A DNA stretch of 64,000 nucleotides. It comes from Eubacteriales bacterium. Its GTDB lineage: Bacteria > Bacillota > Clostridia > Oscillospirales > CAG-272. Shown piece by piece: positions 36,819 to 46,608 of the stretch (the stretch's first letter is position 1; every line of letters begins with the position of its first letter). The notes below the pieces were generated by a model. That model was not told the DNA's origin and made no database searches. It saw nothing but the letters and a program-made list of their open reading frames with translations. The translations under genes were made by a program, and so were the position numbers. The stretch lies in NCBI GenBank assembly GCA_045602215.1, contig JAZSBE010000060.1:536-64535 (forward strand), given 5' to 3'.

Positions 36819-37553
36819 ATGGAAACATCGGCAAGAACGAGCGGTGTGGGCTTTGAAAAGTCTGCTGAGGGAATCGATGGGATCGTGGATCCGTTGATGG
36901 AATATCCCGATTCCTTCTACGAGAGCTTTATCGTGGAATTTAAGCCCAATCAGGAAACGTGCTTTCTTTACGTTTTTTTCAAGAGACTGTTTGACGTTGT
37001 GGCGTCTGCGAGTTTGCTTGCCTTGCTGTTTCCGCTTATGCTGGCTTTGGCGATTGCCGTCAGATTGGATTCAAAAGGGCCTGCGATCTTCGTACAGAAT
37101 CGCGTGGGGAAGGACGGGAAGGCTTTTCGCTTTTACAAATTCCGTTCCATGCGAACCGATGCGCCAAGGGATTGTGCCACGTCAAGGCTGGAGAATCCCG
37201 AACAGTATCACACCAGGATCGGACGCGTTCTTCGCCGCCTTTCCTTGGATGAGTTGCCTCAGTTGTTTTGCGTTCTGGTCGGTACGATGTCCTTCGTGGG
37301 CTACCGTCCGCTGGTCTTGACCGAGGAAAAATGCAACGATATGAGAGCGCGGCTGGGTGTCTTTGCGGCACGCCCCGGCATTTCCGGCTACGCGCAGATT
37401 CGAGGCAGGGACGACGTGTATTACAAGAACAAGGCAATTATGGACGCCTATTACGTCAAGCACGCAAGTCTTGGATTCGATCTGAAAATTTTGCTTCGGA
37501 CCGTTTGGGTGGTTCTCAGACGCGACGGTAACCGCGACAACAAAAAAATATAA
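36819..37553 (+). CDS. Undecaprenyl-phosphate sugar phosphotransferase (bacterial sugar transferase, WbaP/EpsL-like)
   Basis: KRLFDVVASASLLALLFPLMLALAIAVRLDSKGPAIFVQNRVGKDGKAFRFYKFRSM and LDELPQL....GTMS.VG.RP. Confidence 0.88.
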   Translation: METSARTSGVGFEKSAEGIDGIVDPLMEYPDSFYESFIVEFKPNQETCFLYVFFKRLFDVVASASLLALLFPLMLALAIAVRLDSKGPAIFVQNRVGKDGKAFRFYKFRSMRTDAPRDCATSRLENPEQYHTRIGRVLRRLSLDELPQLFCVLVGTMSFVGYRPLVLTEEKCNDMRARLGVFAARPGISGYAQIRGRDDVYYKNKAIMDAYYVKHASLGFDLKILLRTVWVVLRRDGNRDNKKI

Positions 37554-37581
37554 AATAATTTTTCTACAGAGGAGAACTACA

Positions 37582-38418
37582 ATGAAGGTAATGGACAGCG
37601 CATTCGCAAAAGGCTTTGTGAAATTTGCAGATGACGGATGGCAGCTTCGCTATCACGAGAGAAACGGCGGAAATCTTTCCTACCGCATTCCTGCCGAGGA
37701 GATCGACTCGGTTCGCGAGGAGCTTGATTTCACACGGGATTTTGCTCCCATCGGAACAGAGGTTCCCGCTCTCGCAAACGAATTTTTCATGGTAACGGGA
37801 TCCGGAAAGTATTTTTCCAACGTACTGGCAAACCCTGAGGACAACTGCTGCATTATTGAGATCGACGGTGAGGGTAAGAATTACCGCATCGTTTGGGGAC
37901 TTGTAGGCGGCGGCAGACCCACCAGCGAGCTTCCCACCCACCTGATGAACCACGAGGTGAAGAAGATTGCGTCGGGCGGAAAGAGCCGCGTGATTTATCA
38001 CTGCCATCCCGTCAACGTAATCGCGCTGAGCAGCGTGCTTCCCCTGACGGATAAGGCGTTCACCCGCGCGCTTTGGAGAAATATGACCGAGTGTCCGATT
38101 GTATTCGGCGAGGGCGTTGGCGTTGTTCCGTGGATGGTCTGCGGCGGCAGAGAAATTGCGGTTGCAACGGCAGAGAAGATCAAGAAGTATAACGTCGTCA
38201 TCTGGGCTCAGCACGGTATTTTCTGCTCGGGCAGCGATTTTGACGAGACCTTCGGATTGGCACATACCGTTGAAAAGAGCGCGGAAATTTACGTAAAGAT
38301 CGCATCTATGACCGGTGGTGCAACCTTACATCAAACCATCACCGACGACAATATGAGAGAGCTGCAGAGCCTTGCAACCTCCTTTGGCGTCACGATTTCG
38401 CCTGAATTTTTGGATTGA
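37582..38418 (+). CDS. rhaD: Class II aldolase, rhamnulose-1-phosphate aldolase-like
   Basis: 278 aa. ...DDGWQLRYHERNGGNLSYRI parallels E. coli RhaD (..W.KGWDERNGGNLTLRL). H-x-H metal ligands (YHCHP). Confidence 0.75.
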   Translation: MKVMDSAFAKGFVKFADDGWQLRYHERNGGNLSYRIPAEEIDSVREELDFTRDFAPIGTEVPALANEFFMVTGSGKYFSNVLANPEDNCCIIEIDGEGKNYRIVWGLVGGGRPTSELPTHLMNHEVKKIASGGKSRVIYHCHPVNVIALSSVLPLTDKAFTRALWRNMTECPIVFGEGVGVVPWMVCGGREIAVATAEKIKKYNVVIWAQHGIFCSGSDFDETFGLAHTVEKSAEIYVKIASMTGGATLHQTITDDNMRELQSLATSFGVTISPEFLD

Positions 38419-38462
38419 TTCCAAGGAGAATAAAATATCCTTTGGGAAAGGAGCTTTTTCAA

Positions 38463-39341
38463 ATGAAGTATTTTGTTTTGTACAACCCGATCTCCGGAAA
38501 CGGATTCGGACAGAGCCGCGTGAATGATTTGAAGACGATCTTGACAGATGGCGAGTTGTCCTTCTGTGACGTCAGAGAAGTCGGGGATATGGAGGCTTTC
38601 TTGAAGGGGATTTCCGACGCGGACGCATTGATTTTGGCAGGTGGTGACGGAACGCTCAACCGTTTTGTCAATGATACCGACGGTATGACTCTCCCCGAGC
38701 GGTTTTACTATTTTCCGACGGGAACAGGAAACGATTTTCTCCGTGACGTGACGCCCGATGAGCGCGGTTTGGTTCTTATGACGCCCTACGTCAAGGATCT
38801 TCCGACCGTGACTGTTCAAGGAAAATCCTATCGTTTTATCAACGGAATCGGATATGGAATCGACGGCTATTGCTGTGAGGTTGGCGACGAGCTGCGAAAG
38901 ACCAGCACGAAGCCGATCAACTATACATCAATTGCAATCAAGGGGCTGTTGTTCTACTACAAGCCGACGCACGCGACCGTGACCGTGGACGGAAAAACGT
39001 ACGAGTTTGAAAAGGTATGGCTCGCGCCCACGATGAAGGGCAGATTTTACGGCGGCGGTATGATGGTCACGCCCGATCAGGATCGTTTGAATCCGACGAG
39101 AGAGCTTTCGGTTTGCGTGTTGCACGAATCCGGCAAGCTGAAGACACTCTGTGTGTTCCCGTCTATTTTTAAGGGGGAGCACGTCAAACACAAGGAGATC
39201 TTCACCATGCTTCGCGGACACGAAATCACCGTAAAATTCGACCGCCCCGTGGCACTTCAGATTGACGGTGAAACCGTGCTTGGTGTAACCGAGTATTCCG
39301 TTTGCTCCGGCGTGCCCGCAAAGGAACCCGTGACAGTCTAA
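38463..39341 (+). CDS. Diacylglycerol/lipid kinase family protein (YegS/BmrU-like)
   Basis: MKYFVLYNPISGNG, ILAGGDGTLNRFVN and GTGNDF motifs. The ATG lies 9 nt after GAAAGGAG. Confidence 0.85.
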   Translation: MKYFVLYNPISGNGFGQSRVNDLKTILTDGELSFCDVREVGDMEAFLKGISDADALILAGGDGTLNRFVNDTDGMTLPERFYYFPTGTGNDFLRDVTPDERGLVLMTPYVKDLPTVTVQGKSYRFINGIGYGIDGYCCEVGDELRKTSTKPINYTSIAIKGLLFYYKPTHATVTVDGKTYEFEKVWLAPTMKGRFYGGGMMVTPDQDRLNPTRELSVCVLHESGKLKTLCVFPSIFKGEHVKHKEIFTMLRGHEITVKFDRPVALQIDGETVLGVTEYSVCSGVPAKEPVTV

Positions 39342-39364
39342 ATAAAAACAAAGAGGTAGTGCAG

Positions 39365-40174
39365 ATGATTCTGAACGTCATTTTCGTTCTTTTATCTCTG
39401 ATCGCATCGGGCGCAGTCTGCTTTTGCGGTCAAGGCTTTCATCCGGCATGGCTCTTGCTGGTGATTCCCGCGTTTTACGTGGGAATCGCTCTGCTTTATT
39501 TTGCGATTTTGCTTTTGGTGTCCTTGATGATGCCCAGAAGAGCGCCGAAAAAGATCAGCAAGGTGTGCCGTTTCATTATTTGGTTTTCTCTCAGATGGCT
39601 GATGCTTGTGATGGGAATCCGCATTCGACTGACGGGGAAGGAAAAGCTCCCCGACTGTCCTTGCGTGCTCGTGAGCAATCACCGCTCGGACTTTGATCCC
39701 ATGACCGTTCTGGCGGCTCTGAATAAGCGAAAGCTTGCCTACATTTCCAAGGAGGGAAATTTCAAAATTCCGATCGTCGGTCCCTTTATCCGACAGGCGG
39801 GATTCGTTGGGATTGACCGTGGAAACGGCATCCGTGCGGTTCGCACCCTGCAAGCGGCGGCAGACCGCATGAAGAGTGAGGGCGTAGATATCGGAATTTA
39901 TCCCGAGGGAACGCGCAGCAAAACCGGAAAGCTTTTGCGCTTCAAGACGGGTGCCTGCTATCTGGCACAGCTTGCCAATGCTCCCATCGTTATCATGACT
40001 ACGCAGGGAACCGAGAAGATCTCAAAGAGATTTTTGTTTTCTCCCATTGTGGTTGAGCTGAACATCATTGAGGTGATCGACCGCGAGCGTGTCAATTCTA
40101 CCTCCCAGAATGAATTGACCGATTATATTCGACAGGTCGTCGCATCCAATCTGCCTCCCGAAGAAGAGGCTTGA
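39365..40174 (+). CDS. plsC: 1-acyl-sn-glycerol-3-phosphate acyltransferase
   Basis: N-terminal TM helices, HxxxxD motif (VSNHRSDFDP), and the YPEGTRS motif. Confidence 0.85.
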   Translation: MILNVIFVLLSLIASGAVCFCGQGFHPAWLLLVIPAFYVGIALLYFAILLLVSLMMPRRAPKKISKVCRFIIWFSLRWLMLVMGIRIRLTGKEKLPDCPCVLVSNHRSDFDPMTVLAALNKRKLAYISKEGNFKIPIVGPFIRQAGFVGIDRGNGIRAVRTLQAAADRMKSEGVDIGIYPEGTRSKTGKLLRFKTGACYLAQLANAPIVIMTTQGTEKISKRFLFSPIVVELNIIEVIDRERVNSTSQNELTDYIRQVVASNLPPEEEA

Positions 40175-40204
40175 GAACGTTTTCCCTTGGAGGAGCTTGC
40201 TTGT

Positions 40205-41038
40205 ATGGTACACTATCCAAAATGTAATCTTCATACCCATACATCCTTCTGCGATGGAAAAGATGCGCCTCTGGCCATCGTGCGCGAAGCGATCCGAGGT
40301 GGGCTGCAGATCCTTGGCTTTTCGGGGCATTCCCATACGGCGTTTGACCCGGGCTATTGCATGACGCCCGAATCGACGAGAGCCTACCGCGACGAGATCG
40401 AGCGGCTCAAAAAGATTTATGGGGAACAGATCCGTATTCTGTGCGGAATCGAGCAGGACCTTTACACTGAGGAGCAGGCAAGCGGGTTCGATTATGTCAT
40501 CGGCTCGGTTCACTACGTTTTGCGGGACGGGAGGTATCATCCGGTCGATCTTTCGCCGGAAGCTACTTTGCAAACCGTGAAGGAATGCTTTGGCGGTGAC
40601 TTTTACCGATATGCGGCGGCGTATTATGAGACTGTAGCGCAGCTTCCCAAGCAAACAGGCTGTGATATCATCGGACACTTTGATCTGATCGAAAAGTTTA
40701 ACGAAGAGGATCGGATGTTTGCGACAGACGAGTACCGCTACCGTCGCCCTATGATGGATGCGCTGGATGAATTGCTCAAGCATGACGTGATGTTTGAAAT
40801 CAACACGGGAGCAATGGCGAGAGGCTATCGGAGTGTTCCGTATCCCTCCCCCTACGTGCTCAGACGGATCGCGGAAAAGCGGGGAAGGGTCGTGTTGAAC
40901 TCGGACGCCCACACGAAGGAAGCGCTGACGTATGGCTTTGAGGATGCCGTTCGGTATGCGAGATCCTGCGGGATCGGCGGGTTTGCCGTGCCGACCGAGC
41001 GCGGTTGGGAGATCTTGCCGCTCAATTCCAAGAGATGA
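40205..41038 (+). CDS. PHP-domain phosphatase, HisJ (histidinol-phosphatase) family
   Basis: CNLHTHTSFCDGKD and GFSGHSH are PHP metal-binding motifs. The ATG at 40205 lies 10 nt after GGAGGA. Confidence 0.8.
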   Translation: MVHYPKCNLHTHTSFCDGKDAPLAIVREAIRGGLQILGFSGHSHTAFDPGYCMTPESTRAYRDEIERLKKIYGEQIRILCGIEQDLYTEEQASGFDYVIGSVHYVLRDGRYHPVDLSPEATLQTVKECFGGDFYRYAAAYYETVAQLPKQTGCDIIGHFDLIEKFNEEDRMFATDEYRYRRPMMDALDELLKHDVMFEINTGAMARGYRSVPYPSPYVLRRIAEKRGRVVLNSDAHTKEALTYGFEDAVRYARSCGIGGFAVPTERGWEILPLNSKR

Positions 41039-41093
41039 CCCGAAAAAATTGCAAAAAAACGCGTGAAACACAATCGTTTTTTTGCAAAAGAAC

Positions 41094-41122
41094 TTGACAA
41101 CAATTTGAAAATATGCTATACT
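41094..41122 (+). promoter_or_regulatory. Candidate sigma-A promoter of the L-box/dap operon
   Basis: TTGACA (41094-99), 17-nt spacer, TATACT (41117-22), 16 nt before the riboswitch P1. Confidence 0.6.
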
Positions 41123-41137
41123 GGCATATATAAATAT

Positions 41138-41297
41138 GATAGAGGCGCATTTTGAAATGAGTACCGAGCGTGTCAAAGCCTTCGCAGGGCGTTGCGGTTG
41201 GGAAAGGTTCGGATGCCGAAGACGGTCGAGGCGAAAGATCGGTCTGGCAGAACGTGAGAACATCCGTTATGCTGTCGCAGAAATGCGGAGAGCTATC
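41138..41297 (+). promoter_or_regulatory. Lysine riboswitch (L-box) aptamer
   Basis: GATAGAGGCGC...GAGTA...GCCGAAG...TGG...GCTGTC...GGAGAGCTATC are the conserved L-box blocks. P1 is GATAG/CTATC. It lies upstream of the lysine biosynthesis genes. Confidence 0.85.
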
Positions 41298-41344
41298 CTT
41301 CTTCACAGAGATTTGCTCCGATCGGGCAAGGAGATCAGTGAACT

Positions 41345-41383
41345 GGCAGAGCCGCATTCGAACTATGGGCTCTGCCTGTTTTT
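41345..41383 (+). terminator. Riboswitch expression-platform terminator
   Basis: ggcagagcc (41345-53) paired with ggctctgcc (41368-76), followed by tgttttt, 39 nt before the dapA ATG. Confidence 0.7.
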
Positions 41384-41421
41384 GCGGACAGAGCAATCTC
41401 AAACAGAAAGGAAACACAAAC

Positions 41422-42330
41422 ATGAACGAAAAGAAAACCGTCTTCAGAGGTGCCGCAAGCGCACTGGTAACTCCCCTTAACGAGAACGGAGTAGACTATC
41501 CCGCATTGGAGAAACTGATCGAATGGCAGATTGAGAAGGGAATCAACGCCCTCGTCACCTGCGGTACGACCGGCGAGGCTTCTACCCTGACCGATGAAGA
41601 GCACCGCGAGGTCATTCGCTTTACGGTAGAGAAGACGAGAGGCAGAGTTCCGGTCATTGCAGGAACGGGATCGAACGATACCGATTATGCGATCGAGCTG
41701 ACCAAGTACGCTTGCGAGGTTGGCGCGGACGCCGTTCTGGTTGTAACGCCTTACTACAACAAGGCAACGCAGAAGGGACTGATTCAGTCCTTTACGGCAA
41801 TTGCCGACGTCAGCACGAAGCCCGTGATCCTCTACAACGTTCCTTCCAGAACAGGTTGTAACATTCTTCCCGCAACGGCATCCGTTCTTGCTGATCATCC
41901 TATGATCGTGGGCATCAAAGAGGCAAGCGGTAACATTTCTCAGATTGCCGAGCTTGCAGCGGCTGTGAGAGGTCGTATGGGTATCTATTCGGGTAATGAC
42001 GATCAGATCGTTCCCGTGCTTTCCTTGGGCGGTATCGGCGTGATTTCGGTGCTCTCCGACATTATGCCTGCCGAGACAGTTGAGATGTGTGATAAGTTCT
42101 TCCGCGGAGATATTGCGGGAAGCACCAAGCTTCAGCTCGATCTCTTGCCCGTGATCTCTGCTTTGTTCAGCGAGGTCAACCCCATTCCCGTCAAGGCAGC
42201 GTCTGCTGCAATGGGACTTTGTGAGAACTACGTTCGCCTGCCTCTGACCGTGATGGAGCCCGAGCATGAGGCGAAGATGATTGCAGTTATGAAGAAATGG
42301 AATTTGATCCCCGAGGGAGGAAACGCTTAA
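41422..42330 (+). CDS. dapA: 4-hydroxy-tetrahydrodipicolinate synthase
   Basis: FRGAASALVTPLNENG.VDY..L..LIEWQI..G...LV.CGTTGE. The N-terminal extension in the track ORF (from 41170) covers the riboswitch and is spurious. Confidence 0.95.
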   Translation: MNEKKTVFRGAASALVTPLNENGVDYPALEKLIEWQIEKGINALVTCGTTGEASTLTDEEHREVIRFTVEKTRGRVPVIAGTGSNDTDYAIELTKYACEVGADAVLVVTPYYNKATQKGLIQSFTAIADVSTKPVILYNVPSRTGCNILPATASVLADHPMIVGIKEASGNISQIAELAAAVRGRMGIYSGNDDQIVPVLSLGGIGVISVLSDIMPAETVEMCDKFFRGDIAGSTKLQLDLLPVISALFSEVNPIPVKAASAAMGLCENYVRLPLTVMEPEHEAKMIAVMKKWNLIPEGGNA

Positions 42331-43082
42331 TGGAGATTCTCATTTGCGGAATCGGAGGCAGAATGGGAAGAGAGGTCGCCTCTCTGACTATGGCGGGATG
42401 CAGAGGCTCTCGCCCCGTGGCAGGATTTGATATTCTGCCGGTGGATACGAGAGATTTTCCAAGCTATACCGACTGGAATGCGGTGTGTGAGACGCCCGAT
42501 TGCATCATTGATTTTTCCCATCACTCGGGAACCGAGGCGATGCTCTCCTTCGCTGTTGCAAAGAAGATCCCCGTCGTGCTTTCCACGACCGGTCACACCG
42601 AGGAGGAGCTGGCTTGTATTCAGGCTGCCGCAAAGCAGATTCCGATCTTCTTCTCGGCAAATATGTCTGTCGGCGTAGCGCTTTTGGCAGAGCTTGCCAA
42701 GAAGACGGCAAAGGCGATGCCCGATGCGGAAATCGAGATCATTGAAAAGCATCACAACCGCAAGCTGGACGCTCCCAGCGGAACGGCACTGCTTCTTGCA
42801 GAGGCGATCCGTACTGTGCGAAAGGGCGCAAAGCTGATTTTCGGAAGATACGGACAGGGCAAGCGCGATCCCGATGAGATCGGAATCCACGCCATCCGAA
42901 TGGGAAATATCGTCGGAGATCACGAGATCATCGTGGGAACCGATACCCAGACCATCACCCTGCGCCACGAGGCGCATAGCCGTGCACTCTTTGCAGAGGG
43001 CGCGGTTTGCGCGGCAGAATTTCTGATCCAGCAGCCTGCAGGACTTTACAATATGCAGGATTTCCTGAATTTTGCCGACTGA
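42330..43082 (+). CDS. dapB: 4-hydroxy-tetrahydrodipicolinate reductase
   Basis: MEILICGIGGRMGREV (NAD-binding start) and EIIEKHHNRKLDAPSGTA. TAATG overlap with the dapA stop. Confidence 0.9.
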   Translation: MEILICGIGGRMGREVASLTMAGCRGSRPVAGFDILPVDTRDFPSYTDWNAVCETPDCIIDFSHHSGTEAMLSFAVAKKIPVVLSTTGHTEEELACIQAAAKQIPIFFSANMSVGVALLAELAKKTAKAMPDAEIEIIEKHHNRKLDAPSGTALLLAEAIRTVRKGAKLIFGRYGQGKRDPDEIGIHAIRMGNIVGDHEIIVGTDTQTITLRHEAHSRALFAEGAVCAAEFLIQQPAGLYNMQDFLNFAD

Positions 43083-43094
43083 GGAGTACGAAAG

Positions 43095-43952
43095 ATGAAA
43101 ATTCCTTTTACCAAGATGCATGGCATCGGAAATGACTATATTTACGTAAATTGCATGGAAAAAGAGCTGGACGACCCCAACCGCGTGTCCTTCGTGATGT
43201 CTCCGAGACACTTTTCGGTGGGCGCAGACGGACTTGTGATGATCTGCTCCTCCGAGATCGCCGACGCAAAGATGAGAATGTTCAATGCGGACGGCAGTGA
43301 GGGAAAAATGTGCGGAAACGCCATTCGTTGCGTTGGAAAGTATCTGTATGACAACGGCATCGTTTCCAAGGAGAAGCTGAGCATCGAAACGCTTTCGGGT
43401 ATCAAGTATCTCAGCCTCAACGTCGAGAATGGAAAGGTCAAGTCGGTCGAGGTCGATATGGGCAAGGCGATCCTGACCCCTGCCGATATCCCCGTTGTTT
43501 TTGACGGAGAGCGCATGATTGATCAGCCTGTTGAGGTCAACGGCGGCGTATACCGTCTGACGGCTGTTTCTATGGGAAATCCCCATGCCGTTACCTTTGT
43601 GGACGACGTGGATTCTCTGGATCTTGAGAAGATCGGCCCCAATTTTGAAAACCTTGCAATTTTTCCCGACCGTGTGAACACAGAGTTTGTTCGCGTGATT
43701 GATTCCAAGACGCTTCAGATGCGCGTTTGGGAGCGCGGAAGCGGCGAGACCTACGCCTGCGGCACGGGTGCTTGCGCGACTGTCGTAGCGGCGGTTCTGA
43801 ACGGAATTTGCCCCATGGATACCCCCATCACCGTTCGCTTGCGCGGCGGAGATCTTAAAATTGTATGTGAGAGCGATATGCGCGTGCTGATGACAGGACC
43901 CGCACAAAAGTCTTATGAAGGAGTGTTTGACTATGAAGATTCGGATCAATGA
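43095..43952 (+). CDS. dapF: Diaminopimelate epimerase
   Basis: FTKMHGIGNDYIYV, the MCGNAIRC catalytic Cys, and ACGTGA for the second Cys. Confidence 0.93.
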   Translation: MKIPFTKMHGIGNDYIYVNCMEKELDDPNRVSFVMSPRHFSVGADGLVMICSSEIADAKMRMFNADGSEGKMCGNAIRCVGKYLYDNGIVSKEKLSIETLSGIKYLSLNVENGKVKSVEVDMGKAILTPADIPVVFDGERMIDQPVEVNGGVYRLTAVSMGNPHAVTFVDDVDSLDLEKIGPNFENLAIFPDRVNTEFVRVIDSKTLQMRVWERGSGETYACGTGACATVVAAVLNGICPMDTPITVRLRGGDLKIVCESDMRVLMTGPAQKSYEGVFDYEDSDQ

Positions 43953-45114
43953 GCATTTTGGAGAGATTAAGGAAAGCTATCTGTTTTCCGACATTGCAAA
44001 GCGCGTCAAGGCGTACAGCGCGGCTCATCCCGAGCAAAAGATCATTCGTTTGGGAATCGGCGACGTGACCCTTCCTCTGACCGAGTCGGTAATCGAGGCG
44101 ATGCACCGCGCGGTCGACGAGATGGCGGAGTCCAAGACCTTCCGTGGATACGCTCCCGAATACGGCTACGATTTTCTGCGCGGCGCGATCGCAGATTACT
44201 ATGCGCGCATGGGTGTTGCGCTTGACGCAGAGGAGATCTTCGTCAGCGACGGCGCCAAGAGCGATATCGGCAATATGGTGGATATTCTTGGCGACAACGA
44301 TATTCTGATCCCCGATCCCGTTTATCCCGTTTACGTAGACAGTAACCTGATGAGCGGACGCAAGGCGACCCTGCTTGAGGCAAACGCAGAGAATGGATTT
44401 TTGCCCATGCCTGCAGGAATTGAGGAGAAGGCTTGGCTGATCTATCTTTGCTCCCCCAACAATCCTACGGGAGCGGTCTACAACCGTGAGCAGTTGACCG
44501 AGTGGGTGGGTTTTGCAAACCGCACCGGATCGCTGATCCTGTTTGACTCCGCTTACGAGTCCTATATCAAGGGCGATTATCCGCACTCTGTTTACGAGAT
44601 CGAGGGCGCGCGCTCCTGCGTGATCGAGATCTGCAGTCTTTCCAAGACCGCGGGCTTTACCGGTACCCGTTGCGGTTGGACGGTGCTTCCCGCAGAGCTT
44701 GAGGCGAACGGTGTCAAGCTTGCAAAGCTTTGGGCAAGACGTCAGGCGACCAAGTTTAACGGCGTTCCTTACGTCGTTCAGAGAGCGGCAGAGGCGGCGG
44801 TTTCCGAAAAGGGACACGCCGAGGCAATGGAATGTGTCGGATATTATATGGAAAATGCAAGAATTCTGGCTGAGTTCCTCAGAGAAAAGGGAATTTGGTT
44901 CACGGGCGGAGAGAACTCTCCCTACCTGTGGCTGCGTTGCCCGAACGGAATGGGCTCTTGGGAGTTCTTTGATTACTTGCTGGAAAACGCGCAGATCGTT
45001 GGTACTCCCGGCGAGGGATTCGGAAAGTGCGGAGAGGGATATTTCCGCCTGACCTCCTTCGGTACGCGTGAGTCTACGATCGAGGCGGTAGAACGCCTGC
45101 GCTGCTTGCTTTGA
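43933..45114 (+). CDS. dapL: LL-diaminopimelate aminotransferase
   Basis: INEHFGEIKESYLFSDIAKRV....HPEQKIIRLGIGDVTLPL, GY.PEYGYDFLR.AI and SLSKTAGFTG (PLP Lys). The ATG at 43933 follows AAGGAG. Confidence 0.88.
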   Translation: MKIRINEHFGEIKESYLFSDIAKRVKAYSAAHPEQKIIRLGIGDVTLPLTESVIEAMHRAVDEMAESKTFRGYAPEYGYDFLRGAIADYYARMGVALDAEEIFVSDGAKSDIGNMVDILGDNDILIPDPVYPVYVDSNLMSGRKATLLEANAENGFLPMPAGIEEKAWLIYLCSPNNPTGAVYNREQLTEWVGFANRTGSLILFDSAYESYIKGDYPHSVYEIEGARSCVIEICSLSKTAGFTGTRCGWTVLPAELEANGVKLAKLWARRQATKFNGVPYVVQRAAEAAVSEKGHAEAMECVGYYMENARILAEFLREKGIWFTGGENSPYLWLRCPNGMGSWEFFDYLLENAQIVGTPGEGFGKCGEGYFRLTSFGTRESTIEAVERLRCLL

Positions 45115-45122
45115 GGTGAATT

Positions 45123-46421
45123 ATGATTTGTGAAAATCTTTCGGTAAACGAGAAGGGGAATCTTTGCATCGGCGGGATGGATACCGTTGAGCTTGCAAAG
45201 AAGTATGGCACACCTCTTTACGTGATGGACGAAGATCGCATCCGCGAGCGTTGCCGCACGTATATGACCGCCATGAAGGAGGCGTTTGGTGAATCTGCGC
45301 TTCCGCTTTACGCCGGAAAGGCTGCTGCTTTCCGTCACATCTACCGTGTGATGAGAGAGGAGAACATGGGAATCGACGTGGTTTCGTCGGGCGAGATCTA
45401 CTCGGCGGCTTCGGTGGATTTCCCGATGGAAAGAGCGTATTTCCACGGAAATAACAAGACGGATGCTGACATTGCTTACGCGATGGAGCATGGCGTGGGC
45501 ACATTCGTTGTAGACAACAACGAGGAGCTTTACGCGGTGGATCGCATTGCAGGCGAGAGAGGGATCAATCAGAAGATCCTCATCCGTATCACCCCCGGAA
45601 TCGACCCTCATACCTATGAGGCGGTCTCTACCGGGAAGGTGGATTCCAAATTCGGTAACGCCATTGAAACAGGCGCGGCAGAGCAGATCGTATCCAATGC
45701 GCTCACCCTCAAGAACATTACGCTGATGGGCTTCCACTGCCACGTTGGATCTCAGGTTTTTGATTCCGACATCTATCTCCGCGCGTGTGCGATTATGCTG
45801 GATTTCTCGGCGCAGATGAAGGCAAAATTCGGATATGAGATCCGCGAGCTGGGTCTTGGCGGCGGATACGGTGTTCGCTACCTTGAGGAGCATCCCATCA
45901 TCGATATTCCTGCGAATATCCGTCAGGTCGGTGCGGCGTTCAAGGCACAGTGCGAGAGCCTTGGTCTGACACCTCCCGCGGTTCGTATGGAGCCGGGCAG
46001 AAGCATCGTTGCCGATGCAGGTCTGACGCTTTATACCGTTGGAACCGTGAAGCGGATCCCCGGCTACAAGAACTACGTTTCGGTGGACGGCGGCATGACC
46101 GACAATCCTCGCTTTGCGCTCTACCAGTCTCCCTACACGGCGTATATTGCAAACCGCATGAATGAGCCTGCGGGTATGCGCGCGTCGGTGGTTGGAAGAT
46201 GCTGCGAGAGCGGAGACATTCTTCAGGAGAACGTTGCGGTTCCCGAGACAACCGAGCGTGGCGATATTGCCGCAGTTCTGACCACGGGAGCATATAACTA
46301 TGCGATGTCGATGACCTATAACCGCATTCCGCGCCCTGCAATGGTTATGGTCGCAGGCGGCGAGGACAAGCTCATCATTCGCCGCGAATCCTACGAGGAT
46401 CTTTGCAGAAACGAGCTGTAA
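45123..46421 (+). CDS. lysA: Diaminopimelate decarboxylase
   Basis: L.IGG.D...LA.KYGTPLYV.DE..IR, YAGKA, GFHCHVGSQ, EPGRSIVA, GAYNY. Confidence 0.93.
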   Translation: MICENLSVNEKGNLCIGGMDTVELAKKYGTPLYVMDEDRIRERCRTYMTAMKEAFGESALPLYAGKAAAFRHIYRVMREENMGIDVVSSGEIYSAASVDFPMERAYFHGNNKTDADIAYAMEHGVGTFVVDNNEELYAVDRIAGERGINQKILIRITPGIDPHTYEAVSTGKVDSKFGNAIETGAAEQIVSNALTLKNITLMGFHCHVGSQVFDSDIYLRACAIMLDFSAQMKAKFGYEIRELGLGGGYGVRYLEEHPIIDIPANIRQVGAAFKAQCESLGLTPPAVRMEPGRSIVADAGLTLYTVGTVKRIPGYKNYVSVDGGMTDNPRFALYQSPYTAYIANRMNEPAGMRASVVGRCCESGDILQENVAVPETTERGDIAAVLTTGAYNYAMSMTYNRIPRPAMVMVAGGEDKLIIRRESYEDLCRNEL

Positions 46422-46435
46422 AACAGATCAAGAAA

Positions 46436-46468
46436 AGAGGACAGAAAAACATCTCTGTCCTCTTTTTG
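46436..46468 (+). terminator. Rho-independent terminator of the dap-lysA operon
   Basis: agaggacaga (46436-45) paired with tctgtcctct (46454-63), followed by TTTTT. Confidence 0.7.
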
Positions 46469-46608
46469 ATCACCACGGACACCACTGTTTTTTCTAAAGA
46501 GATTTATTTGACAAAATATGAAGAATTTTTGCGTGCATTAACAAAATGTTCACCAAATATTCACTTGGGTGTGTTAAAATGAGAAAAAACACAAAGGAGA
46601 ACCGATAT

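Noticed and set aside
41170-41421. An 84-codon N-terminal extension of dapA in the ORF track.
   Set aside because: It reads through the lysine riboswitch and its terminator. DapA homology begins at the ATG at 41422.
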